Source: Azolla caroliniana
Lineage: Eukaryota; Plantae; Polypodiophyta
Direction: 5' to 3'
NCBI GenBank assembly: GCA_043228905.1
Contig: JBHGNT010000018.1
Coordinates: 11,718,001-11,782,000 of the forward strand
DNA: 64,000 bases
Notes under the pieces: model-generated
What the model was told of the DNA's origin: nothing
Seen by the model: the letters and a program-made list of their open reading frames with translations, nothing else
Databases searched by the model: none
Program-made: the position numbers and the translations under genes
Shown: piece by piece, positions 63,701-64,000 of the stretch
Numbering within the stretch: position 1 is the stretch's first letter
Layout: each line of letters opens with the position of its first letter

Positions 63701-64000
63701 GCAATCGCGACATGGACAATACTACCGTGGAAGGAAGAGATGAGCCGGGAAGAACTACTAGCGGTCCGGATACGACAACTGGAGGGAAGACCGAAAGATG
63801 TAGCGAAAGCGTCACGCCGACAACAAGAAGCACGGTTCCGGAACAAAAGCCGGTTCGACACAAAGCACCGACTACGACCGAGGAGGATTGAAGAAGGAGA
63901 TTGGGTGATCGTCTATGATAGTAGCTTGGACCATCAACATACAACGATGCGGAAATTCGCGAAAAGGTGGTTCGGGCCGTACGAGGTTCGGAAGGTCTTC
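60701..64000 (+). CDS. pol: Pol (RT-RNase H-integrase) in the -1 frame; 3' end outside the window, so absent from the ORF track
   Basis: Manual translation shows KYKTVEKKVKP, EPSSAPYSNRWFTVPKKNG, LPQGATNSV, FLDD (61859-61870), VDTSPTGIGW, NAVADMLSR, GHRGTW and YNPEANGKIER. I saw no stop codon. Confidence 0.93.

Larger units (their letters stand above)
57806..64000 (+). mobile_element. Apparently intact Ty3/gypsy element running off the window; 5' LTR 57806-58632
   Basis: LTR TGTCGT..CACGACA, PBS, and uninterrupted gag-PR and pol frames. Confidence 0.96.

Overview
Plant nuclear DNA, probably from a non-seed plant such as a fern (inferred from the retroelement types). It holds one intact host gene, a 6-exon KORRIGAN-type membrane endo-1,4-beta-glucanase (GH9A, minus strand, 39197-35442, about 610 aa). 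The gene lies in a TE-poor island (about 34.3-43.4 kb) between two nests of LTR retrotransposons. TG..CA termini and target-site duplications (TSDs) resolve the nesting: five long copies of one Ty1/copia family, three chromovirus-like or old gypsy elements, solo LTRs, and two copies of an unusual gypsy family. The most notable observations are these. (1) An apparently intact gypsy element has a tRNA-Trp primer site, protease fused to Gag, and a G_GAU_UUU slippery site plus H-type pseudoknot giving -1 frameshift access to a pol ORF missing from the ORF track. (2) A chromovirus LTR is a ~150-bp-arm foldback. (3) A deleted element carries a coiled-coil ORF antisense to, and abutting, a tRNA-Arg PBS. 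(4) The copia family has two PPT copies flanking a charged C-terminal Pol extension, and a hairpin that encloses the PPT. (5) A 4 x 431-bp nascent satellite derives from a copia 3' end. All calls are by eye; no database search or folding program was run.
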